64,000 nucleotides of DNA, taken from NCBI GenBank assembly GCA_050951805.1, contig JBMNJT010000002.1, positions 224,001-288,000 of the forward strand, in the 5' to 3' direction. The stretch is from Bacillota bacterium (lineage in GTDB: Bacteria > Bacillota > DTU025). The notes under the pieces are model-generated. The model had not been told where the DNA came from. It was given only the letters and a program-made list of their open reading frames with translations, and searched no databases. The position numbers and the translations under genes are program-made. Positions 29,836 to 40,028 of the stretch are shown here, piece by piece. The first letter of the stretch is position 1, and each line of letters starts with the position of its first letter.

Positions 29836-31038
29836 TCATTCGTATCGCAGAGCGTCAACGGGGTTCATCTGCGCGGCCTTGACTGCAGGGAAGATGCCGA
29901 AGATCAGCCCTACAGCAGAAGAGAAACCCACAGCTGCCGCCACAGATGTCATGCTGAATGAAGGAGGCCACCCGGCCAGCCGTGAAATGCCTGACCCTGC
30001 CATCCAGCCCAAAATCATGCCTATGGCCCCGCCGATCAGGCTGAGGGCCAGAGCTTCAACGAGGAATTGAAGGAGTATGTCACGATTGCGGGCGCCGAGA
30101 GATTTCCTGATCCCGATCTCCCGGGTGCGCTCTGCCACTGATGTGAGTAGAGTATTCATTATCCCTATTCCGCCTACCAACAGACTGATGCCTGCGATAA
30201 TTCCGAGAAGCAGAGTCATCGTGGATGTTACCTGGTGCACCGCATCTAAAAGTGCTTCCTGTGAACCTACGTTGAACGCGCCGGGGTTGCCGGTGCGGGA
30301 TGCCAGGTATCTTTCGACTTGGGCAACTGCCGGTCCTGCCATCTCCGGCGACTGGGCCTGGCAATAGTACATGCTTATTCCGCGGATGGGCATCATCCTG
30401 TACAGCAGGCAAGTGATTGGGACGAATGCCTGGCTGTCGGAGTTCATGAACAGCATATCGCTTTTGGCGGCTACCACGCCCACAACCGTGAAATCGAACC
30501 GACGGCCTGCTGCCACCACGCCAATCTCGCGGCCTATCGGATCTTCATCTTCGAACAGAGCAGAGGCAGTCTTGGCGCCAAGAATGATGGATTTGGCCGC
30601 AGAGTCCACTTCAGCGGGGATTAGACTTCTTCCCATAACAATACTCTGGTTTGCTATCCTCATGTAATCCGAGGTGATTCCGATGATTGAAGTGTTTGTG
30701 CTTGAACTTGCCCAGCGAAGCTGCCCTTCGATCTGCGCCACAGGAGATACGGCAGACACCGCAGGCGCCGCGGCCTTCAGCTCCTCAGCCATCTCGATTG
30801 TGAGAGATGGCGAACTTGCGGACTTGGCTCCTCGCCCGATCTTGGGGGTTACAAGGATCATGTTCGATCCCAAGCCCGCTATCTCCGAGGCAATGCGCCG
30901 CTCGGCGCTGGTTCCTACTGAAATCATGGTGATAACCGAAGCAACGCCTATTACGATGCCGAGGGCGGAGAGCATGGTGCGAAGACGGTTTGCCCACAAA
31001 TTCCGGAAGGCGAGGCCTATTGTCTCAAGAAACCCCAT
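29836..31038 (-). CDS. MacB/FtsX-like ABC exporter permease
   Basis: RTMLSALGIVIGVASVI; SLLVGGIGIMN...VAERTREIGIRKSLGA; NPVDALRYE. Confidence 0.93.
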   Translation of the reverse strand: MGFLETIGLAFRNLWANRLRTMLSALGIVIGVASVITMISVGTSAERRIASEIAGLGSNMILVTPKIGRGAKSASSPSLTIEMAEELKAAAPAVSAVSPVAQIEGQLRWASSSTNTSIIGITSDYMRIANQSIVMGRSLIPAEVDSAAKSIILGAKTASALFEDEDPIGREIGVVAAGRRFDFTVVGVVAAKSDMLFMNSDSQAFVPITCLLYRMMPIRGISMYYCQAQSPEMAGPAVAQVERYLASRTGNPGAFNVGSQEALLDAVHQVTSTMTLLLGIIAGISLLVGGIGIMNTLLTSVAERTREIGIRKSLGARNRDILLQFLVEALALSLIGGAIGMILGWMAGSGISRLAGWPPSFSMTSVAAAVGFSSAVGLIFGIFPAVKAAQMNPVDALRYE

Positions 31039-31729
31039 CCGCACCGCCTCCTTTACGAAGTTCTTCGACGAGCTCAATTGCCCCGTCACGCAGGTGGACT
31101 ATTCGATTGGCCCGTTCAGCTATCTCTCGGTCGTGCGTTACAAGGACTACCGTCGCTCCTTCAGCATTCAGTTGGGATAGTATGTCCAGTATTTCATGGC
31201 CAGTCTTCGAGTCCAGATTCCCCGTGGGCTCGTCGGCGAGAATAAGGGAAGGATTGTTTACAAGTGCTCTTGCTATGGCCGCCCTCTGCTTTTGCCCGCC
31301 TGATATCTCAGAAGGGCGGTGACGCATTCGGTCAGAAAGGCCTACTCGCTCCAAAGCTTCCGTTGCGATCCGCCGCCTCTCCTTGGCCTTCACCCCGGCA
31401 TATATGAGGGGAACCTCTACATTTGAGAGGATCGTTTCGCGTGGAAGCAGGTTGAATTGCTGAAACACGAATCCGATCCGCTTGTTGCGGATTTGGGCCA
31501 GGCTTGCATCGTCAAGGCGTGACACATCCTGCCCGCATAGGCGATACCGGCCTGATGTGGGCCGGTCGAGACAGCCAAGCACGTGCATGAGCGTGGATTT
31601 GCCAGATCCTGATGGCCCCATTATGGATACGAAGTCGGCATCGGCAATGCTGAGAGTGATATCCTGGATAGCTGTGACCTCGAATGAACCCATAGAGTAG
31701 ATCTTGGTCACGTTTTCCAGATCAACCAC
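31025..31729 (-). CDS. ABC transporter ATP-binding protein (LolD/MacB-type)
   Basis: GPSGSGKST, ISGGQKQR, ILADEPTGNLD, VTHD. Confidence 0.95.
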   Translation of the reverse strand: MVDLENVTKIYSMGSFEVTAIQDITLSIADADFVSIMGPSGSGKSTLMHVLGCLDRPTSGRYRLCGQDVSRLDDASLAQIRNKRIGFVFQQFNLLPRETILSNVEVPLIYAGVKAKERRRIATEALERVGLSDRMRHRPSEISGGQKQRAAIARALVNNPSLILADEPTGNLDSKTGHEILDILSQLNAEGATVVLVTHDREIAERANRIVHLRDGAIELVEELRKGGGADGVS

Positions 31730-31747
31730 GAAAACCGCCCCCCTGCT

Positions 31748-32770
31748 TCAATCGTCGATGCGCTGGACATCAAAGGTGATGAAACGATCTTGCCCCGCTG
31801 CGCGCCTCAGTTTTTCCTGGACGGCGACTGCATCCAGTACGATGATATCGCCAGGCTCGAGGCCAGAGAGAACATGAGTGTATTCGCCATCAGACAACCC
31901 AAGTTCGAGAGGGACGAATATGGGAATATCATCTTCAATCCTTATTGCCGATGGTTCGCCTTCGTGATCGATCCAAGAGCGAATCGGTATCTTGACTACG
32001 TCAGAAAGAGTGCGCGACAGAATCTTTACGCTCGCCGTTAGCCCGGGCTTGAGCAGTTCGTGCCATCCATCAACAGATATCCTTACAGGGATGGTCACGA
32101 TTCCGCCTTTGGGAACAGCCATTTGGGCGATGGAATCGACCTTCCCGGGAAGCTTCAGCCCGGGGATGGCGTCGAATGTTATAGTCGCTTCCATGCCTGG
32201 GCTAACCCTAGTGAGGTCTATCTCATCTATCTCTATATCGACTACGTGCGAGGATGTGTCGATCACCGTGATCACGGGTTGGCCTGCCGTTACGTAGCTT
32301 CCCACGCTCGCATTGACTGACACCGCTACTCCGTCGAAGGGTGCCCGTATACTGGCGAGTTTCTTCTCCGCGGTGCCGGTGTCGGGCGTGGGAACCCACT
32401 CCTGTAGTGAACGCAAGTAGTCGCCAGGCAGAGAGGCGCTACTATTGGCCTCCAGCTCGCATACGACCGATCCCGCGGTTACACGGGAACCTTCTTCAAC
32501 TTTGAGTCTCGTGATCCTTCCCGGCATGTCAAATGAGAGAGTTTTTGTGGCAATGGGCATGAGGTGGCCGGCGGCCGAAACGAACTCATGAACATCGCCA
32601 GTTGATACGGCAATAGTTTCCTGGCCGGCTACGGCTGCGGCCAAGTGCGTCGACACTCCGTCGCGGTCGTGCTTGCCAGAAGAGACAATGAGAGTGATGA
32701 CGGCGATCACTAATATAGCAACGATCCAGGGCCAACGCTTGCGAGGGCGTTGCTTTTCATCTCCCGACAC
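31748..32770 (-). CDS. Efflux membrane-fusion (adaptor) protein
   Basis: N-terminal TM; lipoyl halves GRITRLKVEEGSRV / IRAPFDG; LKPGLTA; GTG after AGGAGGTG. Confidence 0.85.
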   Translation of the reverse strand: MSGDEKQRPRKRWPWIVAILVIAVITLIVSSGKHDRDGVSTHLAAAVAGQETIAVSTGDVHEFVSAAGHLMPIATKTLSFDMPGRITRLKVEEGSRVTAGSVVCELEANSSASLPGDYLRSLQEWVPTPDTGTAEKKLASIRAPFDGVAVSVNASVGSYVTAGQPVITVIDTSSHVVDIEIDEIDLTRVSPGMEATITFDAIPGLKLPGKVDSIAQMAVPKGGIVTIPVRISVDGWHELLKPGLTASVKILSRTLSDVVKIPIRSWIDHEGEPSAIRIEDDIPIFVPLELGLSDGEYTHVLSGLEPGDIIVLDAVAVQEKLRRAAGQDRFITFDVQRIDD

Positions 32771-32983
32771 AGGTAAACACCTCCTGAGACTCGCTTGTTG
32801 CCTGGGCAAGAATGCAGGCTCCTGCCAAATTGGGCCGATATTTGTATGCTTGCAAAGTGAAAGGTGTATTAGAAGGTCGGTACTTATTATACAGGATACT
32901 TCTGAGCGGTGCTTATAGCCCCCAGGGATGATATTTGGCTGCATACGGGTGATCATCCTGTTCGGGGCCGCAGCGAGCAGGGC

Positions 32984-33134
32984 CTATGTTCCTTCGGCAT
33001 CAGGTGAGTATTTTAAGATGTCGCCTGGCCGGCAATCCAATGATGGCCTCAAGCGTGGAAAACCGGATTGCTTTGGCCTTTTCCGTCTTCAAGTTCGACA
33101 GGTGCCTACAGCATTCTAACGCTCGGTTAACTCC
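32984..33134 (-). pseudogene. Remnant of YozG-like (HTH_26/Cro-C1) regulator
   Basis: ELTER*...HLSNLKTEKAKAIRFSTLEAI / frameshift / LDCRPGDILKY. Confidence 0.7.
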
Positions 33135-33136
33135 AA

Positions 33137-33165
33137 TTGCCTATCTATCGGGCATGTGCTATCAT
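33137..33165 (+). promoter_or_regulatory. sigmaA promoter for riboswitch-ribU
   Basis: TTGCCT-17 bp-TATCAT with extended -10 TG. Confidence 0.5.
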
Positions 33166-33190
33166 ATTGATTGAAAAAGCGAATACGGTG

Positions 33191-33344
33191 GCCTTCAGGG
33201 CAGGGTGTAATTCCCGACCGGTGGTGAAGCTTCTCGGCGCATCTGGCGAAAGATGCGAGGTACTAGAGGCGAGTCCACGAACCGCAATGCGGCTGACCTG
33301 GTTAGAATCCAGGACCGACGGTAAGAGTCCGGATGAAAGAAGGC
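33191..33344 (+). ncRNA. FMN riboswitch (RFN element)
   Basis: CTTCAGGGCAGGGTGTAATTCCCGACCGGTGGT...AGTCCACGA...GACCTGGTTAGAATCCAGGACCGACGGTAAGAGTCCGGATGAAAGAAG. Confidence 0.95.
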
Positions 33345-33371
33345 GGCGTCTTGCAAAAGCGAGTCGACCTT

Positions 33372-33402
33372 AAGCCCCTGGGCCACAACCCAAGGGCTTT
33401 TT
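33372..33402 (+). terminator. Riboswitch expression-platform terminator
   Basis: AAGCCCCTGGG...CCCAAGGGCTTTTT. Confidence 0.75.
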
Positions 33403-33431
33403 CGATACATTTTTCCACGGGGGGTATCGTC

Positions 33432-34028
33432 ATGGGTCAGAATAGTCGCGCACAGTACAGACGCATAGCGACAATGGGGGTGCTTACGGCTCTTTCCATT
33501 GTGATGCTTCTAGTGCTCAGGATTCCTTTTCCGCCTGCGCCATTCCTCATCTATGAACCGGCTGATGTGGCGCTCCTCGTAGCCGGGTTTGCTTTGGGGC
33601 CTGTGTCGGGACTGGTGTGCACCGCAGTCGCCTGCGTGTTTCAGGCTTTGCTGCTCTCATCAGATGGATGGTTTGGGGGCCTCATGCATCTTATCTCGTC
33701 CGGCGCCTTAGTAGCAGTCTCTGCGATGATATACAGCAGGAATAAGACGAAGAGAGGCGCTTACTTGGCATTGCTCGCCGGCGGGGTGGCTATGGTTGCC
33801 GCGATGATCCCGGCTAACATCTTCCTGATTCCGATGTTCTATGGGATGCCAAGACAGGTTGTTGTGGACATGATCGGGTGGATTGTGCTCTTCAACGTGC
33901 TTAAAGCGGGGATCAACTCGGTTTTGACCGCGCTCGTATACAAGCCCATCTCAGGATTGATAAAGGCGGTTCCTTCAGGATCCGGGAGGTCGACGGTGAA
34001 GGCGGCCTCCAAGGAGACTTGGAGGTGA
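33432..34028 (+). CDS. ribU: ECF transporter S component, riboflavin
   Basis: PFPPAPFLIYEPADV, GFALGP, FNVLK..INS.LT..VYKPIS; directly downstream of the FMN riboswitch. Confidence 0.85.
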   Translation: MGQNSRAQYRRIATMGVLTALSIVMLLVLRIPFPPAPFLIYEPADVALLVAGFALGPVSGLVCTAVACVFQALLLSSDGWFGGLMHLISSGALVAVSAMIYSRNKTKRGAYLALLAGGVAMVAAMIPANIFLIPMFYGMPRQVVVDMIGWIVLFNVLKAGINSVLTALVYKPISGLIKAVPSGSGRSTVKAASKETWR

Positions 34029-34109
34029 CAGGCTGAGGTCCTGTTCAACCTGTTTCCGGATTGAATGGTCGAACGGACCGGAAGGTGTGGAGGCGGGGAC
34101 GTAATCGGT

Positions 34110-34154
34110 GCTTTTTGGGCCCGCGCTGCATCTGCGGCGGTTGGCCCAAAAAGC
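34110..34154. terminator. Hairpin between convergent genes (probable terminator)
   Basis: GCTTTTTGGGCC...GGCCCAAAAAGC. Confidence 0.6.
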
Positions 34155-34173
34155 TTCTAGCCTGTTATCGACT

Positions 34174-34893
34174 TTATACCCAGAACGTGAAATATTGAAT
34201 CACGTATATTATCCATAGATGTGCTGGATAGAAAATGTAAAAGAACCACTTTGCCGCCTCGCCCCCGGGGCCTCGTTTGCCGTTGTAGAGGAAAAAGAAT
34301 GGAGTTGCAAATACCATCATCCATTGGTAATCGTACAGCAGGATATGCGTCTTGTTCAAAGCTGGGGATGGCCACGAGATCATGAGCGAGGTTGCGATGT
34401 ACATGATTGCCATCATCTTGGTGTTGTTGCGGAAAAAGTAGAATACTGAGATCATTGCGACGCCATATAAAGATGCTTCTGTTGACAGCGATACGGCAGC
34501 GATCGCAATAATCATCGGAATTCCCGTCCAGTACTTGCCCGTCTCCCGGGTCCATTCGAATGCGCTCATGAGAGCGACGCCAAGCCCAAGCGAAACAAAA
34601 ATGTTGTTCGGGATCCCCACTGGAGTCGGCATGAAATGCGTCAGAATGCGGGAGCCAACATACATCACCGCTGCCCCCAGAAACAGCCTGGCCATGTAGT
34701 TGACCCTGCTTCTGGTGTGAAAAAAGCCTTCAACAGTCAGGTAGAAGAATATTGGGGCAACTATACGCCCGAGATAGCCAAACCATATTGGGGCGCTAGG
34801 GAAATACTCGAGTACGTGGTCGAGCACCATCAGGGCCGCAGCGATCAGTTTCAGGTCGAAGCCATTCAGAATACCTTCTCTGCTATTTCCCAA
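34174..34893 (-). CDS. TraX family membrane acyltransferase-like protein
   Basis: LKLIAAALMVLDH, GRIVAPIF, EGFFHT, YNGKRG, KWFFYIFYPAHL. Confidence 0.88.
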   Translation of the reverse strand: MGNSREGILNGFDLKLIAAALMVLDHVLEYFPSAPIWFGYLGRIVAPIFFYLTVEGFFHTRSRVNYMARLFLGAAVMYVGSRILTHFMPTPVGIPNNIFVSLGLGVALMSAFEWTRETGKYWTGIPMIIAIAAVSLSTEASLYGVAMISVFYFFRNNTKMMAIMYIATSLMISWPSPALNKTHILLYDYQWMMVFATPFFFLYNGKRGPGGEAAKWFFYIFYPAHLWIIYVIQYFTFWV

Positions 34894-35130
34894 GGAGATT
34901 CTCCTCTCGACTTATAGGCGATAGGCTGACATAATTAAGTCAGACTTGCCAGTGCACATGCTGGGCCGAGGACAAGGGAATATGTCTCCAGAAGATTTGG
35001 TTCGATCGAGGTTGGTATGAACAATCTTATCACCAGCACTCCTCGCGTTCAATCGTTTCGAGGATGTAGATATCGGTGGAGCTAAAGATGCTCGGGCCAG
35101 GCATCTGTCGGCAACTTGGAGGGCGAGCGC

Positions 35131-35805
35131 ATGAGAACTGTCTTTAACATAATCGGCCCCGTGATGGTTGGGCCCTCTTCTTCGCACACCGCAGGCGCGG
35201 TTCGAATCGGACTTGCAGCCCGCGCCATTATCGGCGGCCAACCTTCCCGGGCTGTGATAACCCTGTACGGCTCCTTTGCTACGACATACGGGGGCCACGG
35301 TACTGACTTGGCGCTCATTGCAGGCTTGCTGGGGATGAGTCCGGACGATGAGCGCATTCCGGACGCCTGGCGTCTGGCAGCTCAGAGCGGACTGGATGTG
35401 AAATTCGAGGTCGCGGAAGCGTCGCCGGATATCCATCCGAACACCGCCAAACTGGAGCTGGTTGGGCCTTTCGGCGCGACCACTTCGGTAGTAGGCTCAT
35501 CTATCGGGGGAGGTAGTATCCTCATCACCAAGATCGACCATTTCGAGGTTGACTTTTCCGGTGAAAGCCATGCTATTGTCGTCGCATACAGAGATCAGCC
35601 TGGCATAATCGCGAAGATCACCTCTTTGTTGGCTACTGAAGATGTGAATATAGCTGCCATGCGCGTGTCTCGTGAAGCAAAACACGCGAAGGCGTTGGCG
35701 ATTATCGAAGTTGACCAGCCGGTTTCGGACGAGGCACGGGCGTTGATCTCGCGCATCGTTGGTGTGGACACAGCAATATCGCTGCCGCCGGTGTCATTGG
35801 CCTAG
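35131..35805 (+). CDS. sdaAB: L-serine dehydratase, Fe-S dependent, beta subunit
   Basis: IIGPVMVGPSSSHTAGA, HGTDLAL, HPNT; C-terminal ACT domain. Confidence 0.95.
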   Translation: MRTVFNIIGPVMVGPSSSHTAGAVRIGLAARAIIGGQPSRAVITLYGSFATTYGGHGTDLALIAGLLGMSPDDERIPDAWRLAAQSGLDVKFEVAEASPDIHPNTAKLELVGPFGATTSVVGSSIGGGSILITKIDHFEVDFSGESHAIVVAYRDQPGIIAKITSLLATEDVNIAAMRVSREAKHAKALAIIEVDQPVSDEARALISRIVGVDTAISLPPVSLA

Positions 35806-35817
35806 GAGGGAATTTAC

Positions 35818-36717
35818 ATGGCAATTACTACCCTTGCGGAGCTAGTGGAGGAAGCTTCTAGCCGTGGCGTGAGCATCGGCGCAATCGTGCGCGAGAGAGA
35901 GGCCGAGCAGAGCGGACGCCCGGAAGATGATCTTGACGCCGATATGAGGGAGCGGCTTGGAGTTATGAGGTCAGCTGTGGACCGGGGGCTTGCGGGAGTG
36001 CGGTCCAGAAGCGGCCTTACTGGGGGGGACGGGCCCCGCATGGCATCTGCCAGAATGAACGGGGAGACGATCTGTGGAGAGCCATTCGATTCGGCCCTGG
36101 CTTATGCTTTGGCTGTGGCGGAAGTCAACGCATCAATGGGGCGGATTGTCGCCGCGCCGACCGCCGGATCGTGCGGGGTGCTTCCGGGTGTGTTGCTCTC
36201 AGTGGGAGAGAGGCTATGCGTGGATGATTTAGCTCTCGTGGAGGCCCTATTTGCCGCGGGAGGCGTTGGCGCTGTGATCGAGCGAAGCAGTACGCTTTCG
36301 GGAGCGGCCGCCGGATGCCAGGCTGAATGCGGGTCGGCTGCAGCCATGGCCTCAGCAGCCGCTGTGCAGCTTGCAGGAGGCTCCCCCGAGGCTTGCGCCA
36401 GTGCCGTTGCGATAGCCTTCAAGGGCCTCCTCGGCCTCGTCTGCGACCCCGTGGCGGGACTGGTTGAAGTGCCTTGCATCAAGCGGAACGCGACATCAGT
36501 TGCGGTTGCCCTCGCTGCCGCGGACATGGCTCTTGCCGGAATCAGAAGCGTTATTCCAGCAGACGAGGTCATAGAAGCAATGGGCTCGATCGGCCGCGCC
36601 CTTCCGCCGTCACTGCGCGAAACAGCCCTTGGCGGATTAGCGGTGACTCCGACCGGCAAGAAGGTTGCATCGGGTATCTCCGTTCTCGGTCATGGGAATT
36701 GTGGCCTTGATGCGTAG
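35818..36717 (+). CDS. sdaAA: L-serine dehydratase, Fe-S dependent, alpha subunit
   Basis: IVAAPTAGSCG, GCQAECG, LGLVCDPVAGLVEVPCIKRN, LRETALGGLA. Confidence 0.95.
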   Translation: MAITTLAELVEEASSRGVSIGAIVREREAEQSGRPEDDLDADMRERLGVMRSAVDRGLAGVRSRSGLTGGDGPRMASARMNGETICGEPFDSALAYALAVAEVNASMGRIVAAPTAGSCGVLPGVLLSVGERLCVDDLALVEALFAAGGVGAVIERSSTLSGAAAGCQAECGSAAAMASAAAVQLAGGSPEACASAVAIAFKGLLGLVCDPVAGLVEVPCIKRNATSVAVALAAADMALAGIRSVIPADEVIEAMGSIGRALPPSLRETALGGLAVTPTGKKVASGISVLGHGNCGLDA

Positions 36718-37048
36718 ACGGGCAGTTCGGGCGGAGGCATCGCGGTTTCACGCGTTAAACGTTATCCGGGAGAGTCACAACTGTAGGCAAGCAGCCTCGT
36801 CCGGGGCTCGGAGGCGCTACGCGCCGGCGCTTTCAGTTTTAGCCTCGACCATAATGGGACATAGCGAATACTTCGTACCAAGCAAAGTGATAAGCGAGTG
36901 GATGCCGGGTCGTAATTGAAGGCAGCATGATTTGACTCGTGTGATGTTGTGTCTTTCCTGAGGGCCTTTGTAAGAGATCCCCGAGGGAGTGGTGGAGCGG
37001 TCTGGGCAGCGTTTGACAGCAATTCGGAGACCAGACACGGACAGACAC

Positions 37049-37077
37049 TTGCATATCCGTCTCGGGATGCGTATAAT
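37049..37077 (+). promoter_or_regulatory. sigmaA promoter of tRNA-Gly
   Basis: TTGCAT-17 bp-TATAAT. Confidence 0.7.
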
Positions 37078-37110
37078 AAGTGTAGTGAAGATCCATACTG
37101 TAGATTACGA

Positions 37111-37185
37111 GCGGATGTAGCCCAGTGGTAGGGCAACGGCTTCCCAAGCCGTGAGTCGCGGGTTCGAATCCCGTCATCCGCTCCA
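37111..37185 (+). tRNA. tRNA-Gly (CCC)
   Basis: GCGGATG/CATCCGC acceptor stem; anticodon arm ACGGC-TTCCCAA-GCCGT; GGTTCGAATCC; encoded CCA. Confidence 0.97.
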
Positions 37186-37228
37186 TTTATTTTCCCTGCG
37201 GCTTTTCCGTCACATGTTCAAGGCTTAC

Positions 37229-38548
37229 TTAGAATGCTCTTTCCAGCACCTCCATTATTTCACCGTAGGTTGCAGGCCGGTTAGGTATCCCAAATGAGGC
37301 TCCGCTTTCAAGCTCGTTTGAGGCAATCCAATCCAGATCGCACCTGGTGAGCCCGGCGCTTCCAAGTGAAGTTGGCAGATCGGCGGCGGTGAAAAGCTGG
37401 TCGATGAGATCCTCCAGCCACTCAATCAACCGATCAGGCACAGTGCATCGCTCGTTTGATGCCATGCCTTCTCTAATACCTTCCAGTTCAAAAGCGTCAT
37501 CTTGATCCAATGCCAGCAACGCCTGTTCGGCTTTGCATAGCCGTTTTGCAGTCTCTTTGTCGGCAGCTGCTTGAATCTCGAGCCCCGGGGCTAGGAGTAT
37601 TCCCACCATGTTGCCGTGGCTCAAGCCAAATCTGAGGCAATGGTGGACTAGGGCGTGGGGAAGGCCGAGGTGGGCATGGGCGAAAGCTATCCCCATCAGG
37701 AGGCTCCCCCAACAGAGTCGGTCGCGGACATCCGATTCTGGTCTCTCTGTTGCGCAGGAGAGCGCCTTCAGGCCTTCCGCAAGGTTGAGAAAGGCTGCGA
37801 GGGCCACAGATTGCACCCCCATTGGTGCTCCGGCGCTGGTAAAAACCTCCAGGGACTGTGCCAGTGCGTCGATTGCGGACACAACTGTAGGGCCGAACGG
37901 CAGGGAGTCTGTGAGAGAAGGATCCGCAAGTATCATGAACGGAGGGGGTATAGGCCGGATGCTCCGCTTCTCTTCGCCCAGTTCCACAACGGCATTATTG
38001 GAGCTTTCGGAGCCAGTTCCTGATGTAGTGGGCACCGCGATCCAAGGGAGAGCTTGCTTGGGGTTGATTGACCTCTTTTTCAACTGAAAGGAAGCTATAT
38101 CACTACCTCCGTCTTGGAGCGCCAAACCTGCTATCGCCTTGCCTACATCGAGGGTAGTCCCGCCGCCGATCGCCATAACCAGTGCGGCATCGGTCTTGCG
38201 GGCAATGTCTATTCCCTCACGGATGATAGCATGGTCGGCGTGGCCCCGGACATCGAGGAGGCGCACACGGGGTTCTTCCATCGACTGTAGCCCTTCGATC
38301 ATTGAGCAGACTTGGGGCGCCTTCGAACTTGACGCGCCGACTACTGCGAGGACGTTGGATCCTGTAGGCAAGGCGTTGAGGGCATTGACTGCCCGTCGCA
38401 ACGCGCCGTAGCGCCGAAAAACAATATGTTCGGACGATAAGGGGAGCGCTGTACGGTCAAGGTTCACATCGCCTGACAGTGCATCGTATTCCACAAGCTC
38501 CGGCGGGACCCAGAACCTGCTATTGCAGTGTCTGCCGATTTCGATCAT
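37229..38548 (-). CDS. Iron-containing alcohol dehydrogenase family protein
   Basis: GGGTTLDVGKA, PTTSGTGSE, DALAQSLE, LGLPHALVH, SHG. Confidence 0.85.
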   Translation of the reverse strand: MIEIGRHCNSRFWVPPELVEYDALSGDVNLDRTALPLSSEHIVFRRYGALRRAVNALNALPTGSNVLAVVGASSSKAPQVCSMIEGLQSMEEPRVRLLDVRGHADHAIIREGIDIARKTDAALVMAIGGGTTLDVGKAIAGLALQDGGSDIASFQLKKRSINPKQALPWIAVPTTSGTGSESSNNAVVELGEEKRSIRPIPPPFMILADPSLTDSLPFGPTVVSAIDALAQSLEVFTSAGAPMGVQSVALAAFLNLAEGLKALSCATERPESDVRDRLCWGSLLMGIAFAHAHLGLPHALVHHCLRFGLSHGNMVGILLAPGLEIQAAADKETAKRLCKAEQALLALDQDDAFELEGIREGMASNERCTVPDRLIEWLEDLIDQLFTAADLPTSLGSAGLTRCDLDWIASNELESGASFGIPNRPATYGEIMEVLERAF

Positions 38549-38735
38549 AATTTCTCCACCAACTTCTTGATCATGCAAGGCATGGTATGCTTGGTACTAC
38601 TGTTCCACGCAGCGGTCTGATTTTCCTCGTGTTGCACATGTTAGCAAGCCTTGAGCAACCATCCCCAGGGCTATTCGGATGCATTTCTTCATGGATTATG
38701 GGGCGTTCGCCCAACCCGAATCGAGCGGGAACGGA

Positions 38736-38776
38736 TACGCCACGCCGTGCACCTTGAAAGTGCTAGGCGTGGCGTA
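38736..38776 (-). terminator. Hairpin downstream of the deacylase gene
   Basis: TACGCCACGCC...GGCGTGGCGTA. Confidence 0.5.
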
Positions 38777-38818
38777 ATGTGTTCCTGCATTATGCATAAT
38801 GACTTGAGCCATGTCGGC

Positions 38819-40000
38819 TCAGTCGAAGACTACTCTGTCCGGCGCCGCACTGTTGGGGTCGAGGAGGTAGCTGCCCAATCCGTTTGCTACCACTTCGTCC
38901 CTGAGCGGCAGGTTCACATAACCGATTTCTCTACCCGGTTCGAACTCGTTGAACATGGTGATAATCATGTCTATAGTCGAGTTGGTTCGCCCGACGCGCT
39001 CATCGATGGGCCATCCGTTTTCGTCGATGCTCTCGTAGAGCAGACCGTGTTCGCCGGCTTTCATCACGAACTCGTCTTTCCCTTCCAGAAGCAGCTTCTC
39101 ATCGGTGACTCCGCGCACTCTATCGAGGAAGGGTTCTGGAACCTCAATCTCAAATGCTAGAGCATCGGTGAAATCGCCCACTTCTCTATGGGATAATCCA
39201 TGGAGTGTTTCGGGAGAGTACTCCATGCCCATGTGGAACTCGGTGGAAGAGAGCATCATCGAAGCCATGCTCGCGATATCTGCAGCATTCTGGTGCGCCA
39301 CTATTGTGCTGATAACTGAGTACTCTAGCTCTGCTTCGTGCAGGTCAAAGAAGAGATCTACGTTTTCCTGCTTGATCAAGTCTATGAAAGCAGCGCAAGT
39401 CCTTTCAGTTATCATGCCGTTGTGTCTGCCGGGCCAGGTGCGGTTGAGGTTGCGAACATCCATGTATGCAAGCAATTGCTTGCTGGGATAGTTGATGTAA
39501 ACCTCAGGATCTGGCCAGGAGTCGAGGGGATTGCTCCACCTGTCTCCCATCCTGAACGTTCTTTCGCCAAAATCCGTTTTGATGCTGTAATACAGCGGAT
39601 ATGCGTCGCCCGGCCTGGTTACCGTGGATGCGCTGTAATTTCCGCGCACCGCAACGAGAATTTTCCCATTAGTGGGGATCACGTTCTCCACTATTGTCAC
39701 AGCGGAAAGCACGCCCGCGGGTTCCTCAGGGTGTGTTCCACCTAAAACGAACACGGTTCCCCCGGGTTCGCCACTGTCAAGCACGTATATGTTGCAGTCA
39801 TTGATGGTACCTTTGACTGCTGGAGAGTAGTCTGACAGCTTCTTGACTTCGGTGACTCCAGGTCCGAGCACTACGGGTTCATCGAAGTGGCGATGCCCGT
39901 ATATCTCCTTTCCGCCGGGAATCACGACGGCAAGCCATAGGACGATGACAATGAGCATTGCCCATCTGTTTACGCCATTTTGATCTTTCTTCTTAGACAT
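38819..40000 (-). CDS. Succinylglutamate desuccinylase/aspartoacylase-like (M14 fold) Zn hydrolase, membrane-anchored
   Basis: N-terminal TM; GGTHPEEPAG, RNLNRTWPG, DLHEAE. Confidence 0.78.
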   Translation of the reverse strand: MSKKKDQNGVNRWAMLIVIVLWLAVVIPGGKEIYGHRHFDEPVVLGPGVTEVKKLSDYSPAVKGTINDCNIYVLDSGEPGGTVFVLGGTHPEEPAGVLSAVTIVENVIPTNGKILVAVRGNYSASTVTRPGDAYPLYYSIKTDFGERTFRMGDRWSNPLDSWPDPEVYINYPSKQLLAYMDVRNLNRTWPGRHNGMITERTCAAFIDLIKQENVDLFFDLHEAELEYSVISTIVAHQNAADIASMASMMLSSTEFHMGMEYSPETLHGLSHREVGDFTDALAFEIEVPEPFLDRVRGVTDEKLLLEGKDEFVMKAGEHGLLYESIDENGWPIDERVGRTNSTIDMIITMFNEFEPGREIGYVNLPLRDEVVANGLGSYLLDPNSAAPDRVVFD

Positions 40001-40028
40001 GCGTGTATGCCGCCTCCTTCCACAGCCT

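Noticed and set aside
34174-34893. traX as evidence of a conjugative element
   Set aside because: TraX-family genes are commonly chromosomal; no relaxase, T4SS or integrase is in the window
36949-37020. FLRAFVRDPRGSGGAV resembles the N-terminus of phospholipid N-methyltransferases
   Set aside because: Too short, no continuation, and it runs into the tRNA promoter; may be chance
36839-37186. Minus-strand ORF MERMTGFEPATHGLGSRC (also 48152-48397)
   Set aside because: Antisense translation of the tRNA genes
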